DNA from: Lachnospiraceae bacterium
GTDB taxonomy: Bacteria; Bacillota; Clostridia; Lachnospirales; Lachnospiraceae
Assembly (NCBI GenBank): GCA_015056925.1
Contig: SVFJ01000006.1
Location: 3,253-67,252, forward strand
Direction: 5' to 3'
DNA: 64,000 bases
The position numbers were made by a program, and so were the translations under genes. Positions 36,047 through 44,251 of the stretch are shown here, piece by piece; position 1 is the first letter of the stretch; every line of letters begins with the position of its first letter. The notes beneath the pieces were generated by a model, which was not told the DNA's origin, did no database searches, and saw only the letters and a program-made list of their open reading frames with translations.

Positions 36047-39000
36047 ATGAAGCCCAAGTCAATAGTAGAACTTAAAAGTGGTCTTGAAACAGCATTTATA
36101 GATAACACATTTCATTCGAATTTGGCATACAAACCTCAGTTTATTTATAACGATAATAAGAAGGGACAGAAGGTTTTTTCTGCCATTGAAGACGAATTAC
36201 TCAAGTGTGACCAATTTGCAATTAGTGTGGCTTTTATTACAAGAGGAGGAATTACACCGCTTTTGCAGACTTTACAGGAGCTGGAAAGAAGAGGTATTCC
36301 GGGCAGGATTTTGACGACAGACTATCTTTCATTTAGTGACCCTTCTGCATTGGATACGATTGCGAGCCTTTCTAATATAGAGTTACGTATGTATCAAACA
36401 GAGCGTGCAGGTAATGGCTTTCATACCAAAGGATATATATTTCATAAGGACGAAGAATATCGATTTATCATTGGGAGCTCTAACCTGACACAAGATGCTT
36501 TGACCAGAAATATGGAATGGAATACCAAGCTGGTATCAACGAGCCAGGGAGAAATGATAAATTCTGTACTGAATGAGTTTGATAAGCTGTGGAATGAAGT
36601 TGAATATACCAAGACTTATGATGAGTTTATAGAGAATTATCGTAAGAAATATGAAGAAAAGCAACTATTTAACAAAATGGTTGCAGAACAAAAACGAATT
36701 GCAAGGAATGAAGCAGTTCCATCGGTGGAAGCATATACTTTGCAACCCAATTCGATGCAGACAACGTTTATTAATAATTTAATGGCAATGAGAAAGAATG
36801 GAGTTGATAAAGCACTATTAATCTCTGCGACGGGTACAGGTAAAACTTATGCATCAGCATTTGCTATGAGAGAGCTCGGTTTTAAACGAGTTTTATTTTT
36901 GGTACATAGAAATCAGATTGCAAAGCAAGCAAAAGTATCCTTTGAACGTGTATTTGGAAGTAGAATCAGAACGGGTTTGGTGTCAGGAATTAGACATGAT
37001 TATGATGCAGATTTTGTGTTTGCAACAGTACAGACTCTCAGCAAACAGGAGAATTTAGAGAAGTTTCCTAGAGATTACTTTGATGCATGTATCTATGATG
37101 AGGCACATCACACAAGTGCGGGAAGTTATAAGAAGGTAATGGATTACTTTACGCCTACATTTACTTTGGGAATGACTGCTACACCGGACAAGCGTGACGA
37201 CAATATAGAAGGCCGAAATATTTATGAGATTTTCGACCATAATATTGCATATGAAATTCGATTGCAACAGGCGATGGAAGAGGATTTGTTGTGTCCATTT
37301 CATTATTTTGGTATTACAGATTTGGCAGTGGTTTCTGACGAAGGAAATTCGAAGGAAGAGCAATTAGAGAATTTTAGATTCTTAACAAGCGATGAGCGTG
37401 TGAAGTATGTTATGGAGCAGGCAAAGTACTTTGGATACTGTGGAGAGCGAGTAAAGGGTCTTATTTTCTGTAGCAGAATAGATGAAGCAAAGGAGCTTTC
37501 TAGAAAGTTTAATGAACAGGGATTAAGAACAATAGCTTTGAGTGGCGCAGACTCAGAGGAAGTAAGAGCAGAGGCGATAGAACGGTTAACGATGGATATT
37601 CAGTCTAAGGATGATGCCTATTTGGACTATATTATTACTGTAGACATTTTCTCAGAAGGAACAGATATCGTAGAGGTAAATCAAGTTATCATGCTTCGCC
37701 CAACGCAATCACCGATTGTCTTTATCCAGCAGTTAGGACGAGGTCTGAGGAAGGCATTTGAAAAGGAATATGTTGTTATCTTGGATTTTATAGGTAATTA
37801 TAAGAATAACTTTATGATTCCAATAGCCTTGTCAGGAGACAGAAGCTATAACAAGGATAATATTCGTAGATATCTTATGGAAGGTGGTCGTGTGATACCA
37901 GGAGCAAGCACGATTCATTTTGATGAGATTAGTCGAAAGAGAATTTTTGCGGCTGTTGATAATGCGAATTTTAGCGATATTAAATTGATTAAGGAGAATT
38001 ATACGAATCTTAAGAATAAACTGGGGCGCATTCCGAGATTAAGAGATTTTGATGATTACGGAGAAATGGATGTACTTCGTATCTTTGATAACAATAGCTT
38101 GGGTTCATATTACAAGTTCCTTGTAAAATATGAGAAGGAATATGGAGTTAGATTGTCACCAGAGGAAGAGAAAGTAATTGAGTTCGTATCGAAAAAGCTA
38201 GCAAGTGGAAAAAGAATTCAAGAGCTTCGTCTTTTGGATAGAATGCTGGAGTATGTGAATCGCTTATCTAGATTTATGCTTTTTACAAATTTGAAAGCAG
38301 ATCTTCAGAATAACTATGGAATAGAGATGAGCATGAATCAGCAGGAAAATATAGTCAATATCATGACAAATGAGTTTCCAGCAGGCACTGGTAAGAATAC
38401 GTATTCGGAGTGTGTTTTTATAGAGAAAGATAATTCTTCAAATGATTATCAGGTAACGAAATCCTTTGAGAAGATGCTGTTAAATAAGGAATTTAGCGAA
38501 ATATTAAAAGAACTTGTAGATTTTGGTATTAGCCGATATGAGAGAGATTATTCTAATACATATAAGGATACAGATTTGGTACTTTATCAAAAGTATACCT
38601 ATGAGGATGTATGTAGACTTTTGAATTGGGAGAATAATGAAGTTCCTCTTAATATTGGTGGTTATAAATATGATAAGAAAACAAAGACGTTCCCAGTATT
38701 TATAAACTACGATAAATCAGAAGATATAAGTGATACAACAAAGTATGAGGATCATTTCACAAGCAGTTCCAGCCTGATTGCGATATCAAAGTCAGGTAGA
38801 ACTATATCCTCTGAGGATGTACAGAATTTCTTGCATGCAAATGAGAGAGGTATTCAGGTTCATTTATTTGTGAGAAAGAATAAGGATGACAAGATTTCAA
38901 AGGAATTTTATTATCTTGGTCATATGCAAGCGAGCGGTCGGGTAAAGGAGTTTATCATGCCAAATACAGACAAGACTGCGGTTGAGATTGAATGGCTTTT

Positions 39001-39049
39001 GGACCAGCCTGTGAGACAAGATTTATATGAATATATTGTGGAGAATTAG
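36047..39049 (+). CDS. PLD-family nuclease - SF2 DEAH helicase - C-terminal DUF3427-type domain protein
   Basis: A single HKD motif FHTKGYIF...GSSNLT (His codon 36422). Walker A SATGTGKT (36824-36847), DEAH YDEAHH (37097-37108), MTATP, QQLGRGLR. The roughly 350-aa C-terminal region matches my recollection of the architecture annotated DUF3427. RBS AGGAGGG. Confidence 0.85.
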   Translation: MKPKSIVELKSGLETAFIDNTFHSNLAYKPQFIYNDNKKGQKVFSAIEDELLKCDQFAISVAFITRGGITPLLQTLQELERRGIPGRILTTDYLSFSDPSALDTIASLSNIELRMYQTERAGNGFHTKGYIFHKDEEYRFIIGSSNLTQDALTRNMEWNTKLVSTSQGEMINSVLNEFDKLWNEVEYTKTYDEFIENYRKKYEEKQLFNKMVAEQKRIARNEAVPSVEAYTLQPNSMQTTFINNLMAMRKNGVDKALLISATGTGKTYASAFAMRELGFKRVLFLVHRNQIAKQAKVSFERVFGSRIRTGLVSGIRHDYDADFVFATVQTLSKQENLEKFPRDYFDACIYDEAHHTSAGSYKKVMDYFTPTFTLGMTATPDKRDDNIEGRNIYEIFDHNIAYEIRLQQAMEEDLLCPFHYFGITDLAVVSDEGNSKEEQLENFRFLTSDERVKYVMEQAKYFGYCGERVKGLIFCSRIDEAKELSRKFNEQGLRTIALSGADSEEVRAEAIERLTMDIQSKDDAYLDYIITVDIFSEGTDIVEVNQVIMLRPTQSPIVFIQQLGRGLRKAFEKEYVVILDFIGNYKNNFMIPIALSGDRSYNKDNIRRYLMEGGRVIPGASTIHFDEISRKRIFAAVDNANFSDIKLIKENYTNLKNKLGRIPRLRDFDDYGEMDVLRIFDNNSLGSYYKFLVKYEKEYGVRLSPEEEKVIEFVSKKLASGKRIQELRLLDRMLEYVNRLSRFMLFTNLKADLQNNYGIEMSMNQQENIVNIMTNEFPAGTGKNTYSECVFIEKDNSSNDYQVTKSFEKMLLNKEFSEILKELVDFGISRYERDYSNTYKDTDLVLYQKYTYEDVCRLLNWENNEVPLNIGGYKYDKKTKTFPVFINYDKSEDISDTTKYEDHFTSSSSLIAISKSGRTISSEDVQNFLHANERGIQVHLFVRKNKDDKISKEFYYLGHMQASGRVKEFIMPNTDKTAVEIEWLLDQPVRQDLYEYIVEN

Positions 39050-39062
39050 GAGATAAAACAGT

Positions 39063-39464
39063 ATGAAAACAATTAGAGTAGTAGCAGCTATTATCAAAGC
39101 TGTAAATGAAAAAGATGATCCGATTATCTTTGCAACGCAGAGAGGATATGGTGATTTTGCAGGTGGTTGGGAGTTCCCCGGCGGTAAGATTGAAGAAGGA
39201 GAAACACCACAGGAAGCTCTTAAGCGTGAAATTGTCGAAGAGTTGGAGACAAAGATTACGGTTGGAGAATTAATTGATACGATAGAGTATGATTACCCAA
39301 CATTCCATCTTTCTATGGATTGCTTCTGGGCCGAAATTGTGTCGGGTGATTTAGTGTTGAAGGAGCATGAAGCAGCTAAATGGTTGACAAAGGAAGAGTT
39401 AGATTCTGTAGAGTGGTTGCCAGCGGATATTACACTAATAGAGAAGATAAGAGTGGAGATGTAA
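39063..39464 (+). CDS. Nudix hydrolase (MutT-like NTP pyrophosphohydrolase)
   Basis: Nudix box GGKIEEGETPQEALKREIVEELE. It starts 13 nt after the helicase stop and has its own AGGAG RBS. Confidence 0.85.
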   Translation: MKTIRVVAAIIKAVNEKDDPIIFATQRGYGDFAGGWEFPGGKIEEGETPQEALKREIVEELETKITVGELIDTIEYDYPTFHLSMDCFWAEIVSGDLVLKEHEAAKWLTKEELDSVEWLPADITLIEKIRVEM

Positions 39465-39466
39465 GT

Positions 39467-39508
39467 GAATGGCATAGCCATCAGCTTTAGCTGGTGGCTA
39501 TGCCATTC
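39467..39508. terminator. Strong hairpin between convergent genes (probable bidirectional terminator)
   Basis: 19-bp arms gaatggcatagccatcagc / gctggtggctatgccattc with one G-U pair. The T tracts are weak. Confidence 0.55.
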
Positions 39509-39982
39509 TTATAACTTTCCCTCATTTCTCAAAAACTCCAAAAACCCTTCACACCCGGCAACAACATCTCTGTATGTTTCATCAAAGTCTCCTGTATACC
39601 ACGGGTCAGCGACATCGCGTCCAATTCCAGCGAAGGAGAGCATTTTATAAATCTTATCTTCAGAGTCGCCGTCGGCGATACGTGTCATGTTACGAATGTT
39701 GGCTGTATCCATACCGATTAGATAATCATAGTAATCATAATCAGCCTTTGTCATCTGAATCGCACGATGTGGAACGACAGGGATGCCGACTTCTCTGAGC
39801 TTGCCGACAGTACCGTAGTGTGGCGGATTGCCGATTTCCTCACGGCTGGTAGCAGCTGACTCGATTTCAAAGAGATGGTCGATATGTTTTTCCTTTACCA
39901 TATGAGTAAGAACACTCTGTGCCATAGTGCTGCGGCAGATATTTCCATGACATACCATAAGAACTTTGATTTTATCTTTCAT
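39509..39982 (-). CDS. Low-molecular-weight protein-tyrosine phosphatase
   Basis: The CX5R(S/T) P-loop VCHGNICRS near the N-terminus and a DP motif near the C-terminus. Confidence 0.85.
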   Translation of the reverse strand: MKDKIKVLMVCHGNICRSTMAQSVLTHMVKEKHIDHLFEIESAATSREEIGNPPHYGTVGKLREVGIPVVPHRAIQMTKADYDYYDYLIGMDTANIRNMTRIADGDSEDKIYKMLSFAGIGRDVADPWYTGDFDETYRDVVAGCEGFLEFLRNEGKL

Positions 39983-40079
39983 AAATTAATTTACCTCATG
40001 TTTCCTTAGATTTATCGGGAAATGAAAAGGCTCCCACGGTTGAACATGGAAACCTCAACAATCTATATCATATCACAAA

Positions 40080-42035
40080 TTATTGCGTGGAGCTATACTG
40101 TTTCTCCACCCAATCCACCATTCTTTGTATATTCGCACCTCTCAGCTCCAAGAAATCCCGAATACACTTTGAACTTCCATATCCGCCATAAAGTGCATTA
40201 TTCGTGTCGCCTGTACCCGGATATCGTCTAAAGAACTGGTCAAACAGAGGACCATAAGAAGCCTCATACTGACTAAGCATTTCTAATGCAGCGTCTTTCT
40301 CAAAATATGTATCTGCCAAAGACAACAGCTTATCACAATATGCTTCTCTAAATCCATCATTTGTCATCAGATAGGCAAAGCAGAGTACCGCAGGATTATT
40401 GGTATTCATATCCAGTAGCCCTTTGGGTTTGTAATTATCTTCTTTTATCGTATTTGTTTTTGCATCGCCTGCACCGCTGATACCGCCAAATTCAATATCG
40501 TAGAGACAGAAGCGCCATCTGCCGTCAGCATAGGGACTGTCAGAGGTAGAGTCGACAGCTTTCCACATAGACCAGTTCTTGCCCGGCCAGTCCCACTTGT
40601 TATTAATCCAGACTTCTACGGCGAAGTAGTCCATAACACTGTTCACATCCACAAGCTTAGCAAATTCCCGATAATCTTCCTCGGATTTCAAATCAGAATG
40701 TGTATCAAAGAACTCCAACAGTTCTTTAAAGTAATAAGTCTCATCGGTTTCGCCCTCAGGAAGTTCTCCTTCATCCAGCTTATAGCCAAGAGCCAGAGAC
40801 TCTGCATCACCTTTGTAAATAATCACATCTTCTTTATCTACATCATAGTGTGACTCAAAATAATCGTCAGAGTAATCCTCCTCCAATACATATAAGCCCC
40901 AGTATTCACCGTTTAGATATACAACGCAAGGGCGGGAGCACTTGGTGGCAACATTCATTTCACTGGCAAGGTCCTGCCAGTAGGTGTCATTGTATTTTGC
41001 AAGAAATGCACAGTTTCCGCCGGCACGAAGTACCATAGTATCGAATTCATCAATCACATTTCCTTTTATGTTCTTTAAATCCTCACCAAATACAGCATAG
41101 TTAAATTTCTTTTCGCCATAATCACTTCTGGCATAGAGACGGAAGCCCTTTTGCAGGTCGGAGCGGGAGTAGTTACCTTGGATACGGATACCACAGTCCT
41201 GCGATAGCACAAGCTGACTGCCGCCTGCATTCATTTCAAAGAAATCAATATGTGCTTCACGTTCCCAAGCTCTGCCTTTCATAGAGTAGTTGGCGGTTAC
41301 CTTTCTGGTGTCATCTGCAGAGTAGCGGGAGGTGGTAGCACGGAAGTAGCTGTAGGCATTTTTGAATGCATTTCCCCGAACGTAGATACCGCGGTTATCG
41401 CTAAATAAATCATCGTAGTCCATAGAGATGCTGATAACAGCCAAGTCCGTTCCTTGAGCTTTGCAGCTTTCAGCAATTCCGTTAATGTGCTCTTTAGGAG
41501 TACCGATAAAATAGGTCGCCCCGGTGTTTTCTATAACCGTGCCGTCTTTATCCTTCAACACAAATCGTAAAGTAGTGCATTTATCCACCGCAAGTTTACT
41601 TGGTTCATCCATCTTGCAAATGACATCAGTTCCGTCCAGATAACAGTAATTGGTGGTAATCAGTGAGGTTGAAACCGCTGATACAATATTTTCATCCCAT
41701 TTGCGGTCGCAGATATTGATACCATTTGCATAATAGAGAGCGGTATCACTATCATCCGGGTTACTACCGTCAGTCGTGTAGTAGAGGGTATAGCTCTCAT
41801 TAAAGCTTGCAGTTAATGTAAATTCATTCTCGTATACACCGCTTTCATGGGAGAGTATGAGAGAATGTTCGGCATCAGAAGGCTCAGTTACGGATGTGAC
41901 AGAGCTTGCAGTCGGTGAGGAAGCCTTGCTTGTGGAATTGGAAACAGAGCTTTGGCAACCCGTCAAACATAATATTGTCATTAGAATTGTCCAAAGAATA
42001 TGTTTTTTGTATTTAGTATTTATTTTCTTCTGCAT
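40080..42035 (-). CDS. CotH kinase-family protein, lipoprotein, with an N-terminal chitobiase/FN3-associated-like module
   Basis: ATG 42035 (MQKKINTKYKK...) follows AGGAGA. Lipobox LCLTGC. YYTTDGSNPD module, and a CotH-like core (NGEYWGLYVLEE...). The track ORF extension to 42173 lacks an RBS. Confidence 0.75.
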   Translation of the reverse strand: MQKKINTKYKKHILWTILMTILCLTGCQSSVSNSTSKASSPTASSVTSVTEPSDAEHSLILSHESGVYENEFTLTASFNESYTLYYTTDGSNPDDSDTALYYANGINICDRKWDENIVSAVSTSLITTNYCYLDGTDVICKMDEPSKLAVDKCTTLRFVLKDKDGTVIENTGATYFIGTPKEHINGIAESCKAQGTDLAVISISMDYDDLFSDNRGIYVRGNAFKNAYSYFRATTSRYSADDTRKVTANYSMKGRAWEREAHIDFFEMNAGGSQLVLSQDCGIRIQGNYSRSDLQKGFRLYARSDYGEKKFNYAVFGEDLKNIKGNVIDEFDTMVLRAGGNCAFLAKYNDTYWQDLASEMNVATKCSRPCVVYLNGEYWGLYVLEEDYSDDYFESHYDVDKEDVIIYKGDAESLALGYKLDEGELPEGETDETYYFKELLEFFDTHSDLKSEEDYREFAKLVDVNSVMDYFAVEVWINNKWDWPGKNWSMWKAVDSTSDSPYADGRWRFCLYDIEFGGISGAGDAKTNTIKEDNYKPKGLLDMNTNNPAVLCFAYLMTNDGFREAYCDKLLSLADTYFEKDAALEMLSQYEASYGPLFDQFFRRYPGTGDTNNALYGGYGSSKCIRDFLELRGANIQRMVDWVEKQYSSTQ

Positions 42036-42177
42036 AGGAATCTCCTTGTCTTTTGGGTACTTGTATGCTGATATTTTACCAGTCGTGTTATAAACCCACA
42101 AACCAAAGAATCCTACAAGAAATACATGGATTTTTCGCTTTATAGGAGTTTCCGAGAATACAAAGATGGTCATCTGT

Positions 42178-42654
42178 TTAATTACTCAAATAAATCATCA
42201 AATTCAAATACCCGGCAAAGGTCACCCACACAAGATAGGGTATTTGCAATATAGCGGCGAGAGCATCAACCTTGCGAAACTGTAGTATCATACGTAAGAT
42301 TAATCCCCACAGAATCAATAACCACAGGAAGGCAAAGAAAAATTCCTGCAAATTAAAGAAGAAAAGACTCCAAAAGAAGTTAAAGAACAGTTGGATTCCA
42401 TAAGTGAATAATCCATCTACCGTAGCTTCCGGATTGTTTCCTCTTTTTAGCCATATGCGGGCACTGCTGACACCCATTAGGATATAGAGGATAGTCCAGA
42501 CGATGGGGAATACAATTGCAGGTGGTGCAAGAGGAGGCTTGTTAATTTGGTCGTATATATCCATATTGTTTCTTGTCAGAAAGGCAGCAAGACCTCCAAC
42601 TGCAAGTGGAATCAGAATTGCAATGGCATATGTTTTCGTATTTTTCTTCCACAT
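42178..42654 (-). CDS. tspO: TspO/MBR family tryptophan-rich sensory protein
   Basis: Five-TM, Trp/Phe-rich pattern (PPLAPPAIVFPIVWTILYILMG, FFNFFWSLFFF). ATG 42654 is preferred because GGAGA lies 8 nt upstream. Confidence 0.8.
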   Translation of the reverse strand: MWKKNTKTYAIAILIPLAVGGLAAFLTRNNMDIYDQINKPPLAPPAIVFPIVWTILYILMGVSSARIWLKRGNNPEATVDGLFTYGIQLFFNFFWSLFFFNLQEFFFAFLWLLILWGLILRMILQFRKVDALAAILQIPYLVWVTFAGYLNLMIYLSN

Positions 42655-42697
42655 AAAAATCTCCATGACATTTTTCTAATAGTATATGTCATGGAGA
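42655..42697 (-). terminator. Rho-independent terminator after tyrA whose 3' arm contains the tspO RBS
   Basis: On the minus strand: tctccatgacat (42697-42686), a 14-nt loop, atgtcatggaga (42671-42660), then ttttt (42659-42655), then ATG 42654. Confidence 0.6.
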
Positions 42698-42740
42698 CTT
42701 ACTTTATACAACATCATTTAATACAGGTGAATCAAACCGG

Positions 42741-43841
42741 TTATTTTCGCTCGTATACCTTATACGCTCTGACTTCCAGCAACGCAATAGCTCTGTCAAG
42801 AGAAGCCTGCTCATAGAACTCTATCTGTAATACACCTTCTTCAAACTCACGGTTATGTACGATGCCGATATTCTTAATCGAAATCTGATGAGTTGCAAGA
42901 TAGGTAGCGACAGAAGCAAGAGCACCCATCTCGTCAGGGATATCTACATAGCAGCCATAGACCTTCTTGATGGGACCTCGTGACTGCGTAGCAAAGGAAT
43001 CACGATATTCTTTGGATTCCTCAAAAAGCTTATAAGTAAATCCGTCCTCTGCGGCACGAACCTTCGAGCTAATCATCTGCAAAGAAGCAATATAATCATC
43101 TAACAAATCAGCAATGTTCTCAGTGTTTGACATACAGATTGCTTCCCACATAGCAGGTGAGGAGGATGCGATACGTGTAATATCCTTGAAGCCGCCTGCG
43201 GCAATCTGGTGCATTGTACAGTCCTTGGTGTCGTGGTCGCGAACAAGATTTACAAGTGCTGCAGCAATTAAATGTGGTACATGACTGACTGCAGCGGTAA
43301 CATAGTCGTGCTCCTTGGCATCCAGGATAATCGGAAGAGCACCACAGGCAGCTACCAAATCTCTGTATGCGGACACCGCATCCTCGGAAACTTCCTTAGT
43401 CGGAGCCAAAATATAGTATGCGTTCTCCAAAATCAATGGGTCAGAGTTGCCAACGCCTGTCTTCTCGCTTCCTGCCATAGGATGTCCGCCGATAAACTGT
43501 GATTCCAGACCAAGCTCTACAACAGTATCCTGAATGGGAGACTTTACACTACCAACATCCGTAACGATAGCGTTAGGATTCAAATAAGGCTTTAACAGCT
43601 TCAGATTCTCATTATTCGTAGACACAGGAGCACAAAGGAAAATCAAATCACAGCCGGTAAAGCTTTCATTAATCTCCTTGGTAACTTCACTAATCACACC
43701 TTCCTTCACAGCTTCTGCAAACTTCTCGGGGTGTGGACCATATGCTAATATATATGCGTCAGGGATAACCTTGCGGATTGCCTTGGCGATAGAACCGCCG
43801 ATTAATCCTAGACCAACAAAACCAAATCTTTGAAAATTCAT
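42741..43841 (-). CDS. tyrA: Prephenate dehydrogenase with C-terminal ACT domain
   Basis: N-terminal Rossmann GLGLIGGS, HPMAGSE motif, and an ACT-like C-terminus. Confidence 0.85.
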   Translation of the reverse strand: MNFQRFGFVGLGLIGGSIAKAIRKVIPDAYILAYGPHPEKFAEAVKEGVISEVTKEINESFTGCDLIFLCAPVSTNNENLKLLKPYLNPNAIVTDVGSVKSPIQDTVVELGLESQFIGGHPMAGSEKTGVGNSDPLILENAYYILAPTKEVSEDAVSAYRDLVAACGALPIILDAKEHDYVTAAVSHVPHLIAAALVNLVRDHDTKDCTMHQIAAGGFKDITRIASSSPAMWEAICMSNTENIADLLDDYIASLQMISSKVRAAEDGFTYKLFEESKEYRDSFATQSRGPIKKVYGCYVDIPDEMGALASVATYLATHQISIKNIGIVHNREFEEGVLQIEFYEQASLDRAIALLEVRAYKVYERK

Positions 43842-43971
43842 AATATAACCATGCCTTTCTGCTGTCGTTAGCTAACACGCAATAGAGTGACAAACGACAG
43901 AAATCATTCATAGAATAGTCTAAGGTTCGTGGCAAAATATGAGCCTGAAAATAAGACTAATAATCACATAG

Positions 43972-44000
43972 ATTATCGCACTTTAAAGTGTTAAAGTCAA
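43972..44000 (-). promoter_or_regulatory. Candidate sigma-A promoter for tyrA
   Basis: On the minus strand: TTGACT (44000-43995), a 17-nt spacer, GATAAT (43977-43972). This leaves a 5' UTR of roughly 120 nt. Confidence 0.45.
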
Positions 44001-44251
44001 TGTTTTTATATACATGCAATCATAATTGCATGCAATCATTATGCCATGAAATGAAGGAATTGTTAGGATAGGCTGTCGGAAAAAGAGAGATAAAGGTCTT
44101 CATATGATAATTGCACAATATATTTTGTGTAAAATATGTTAAACAAATTATGTAAAACACTTGAACATTCAGACAAATTACGGTAAACTATATTCAATGA
44201 TATAACAATACAAAAGTTATATCCATAAATTGCGATAAGGGGGAAACTACA

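Noticed and set aside
27671-39508. Prophage or integrative conjugative element
   Set aside because: No integrase, recombinase, transposase, capsid, tail or conjugation genes, and no flanking tRNA. Only two decayed cargo-type genes remain, so I call it a defence-type genomic island rather than an identifiable mobile element.
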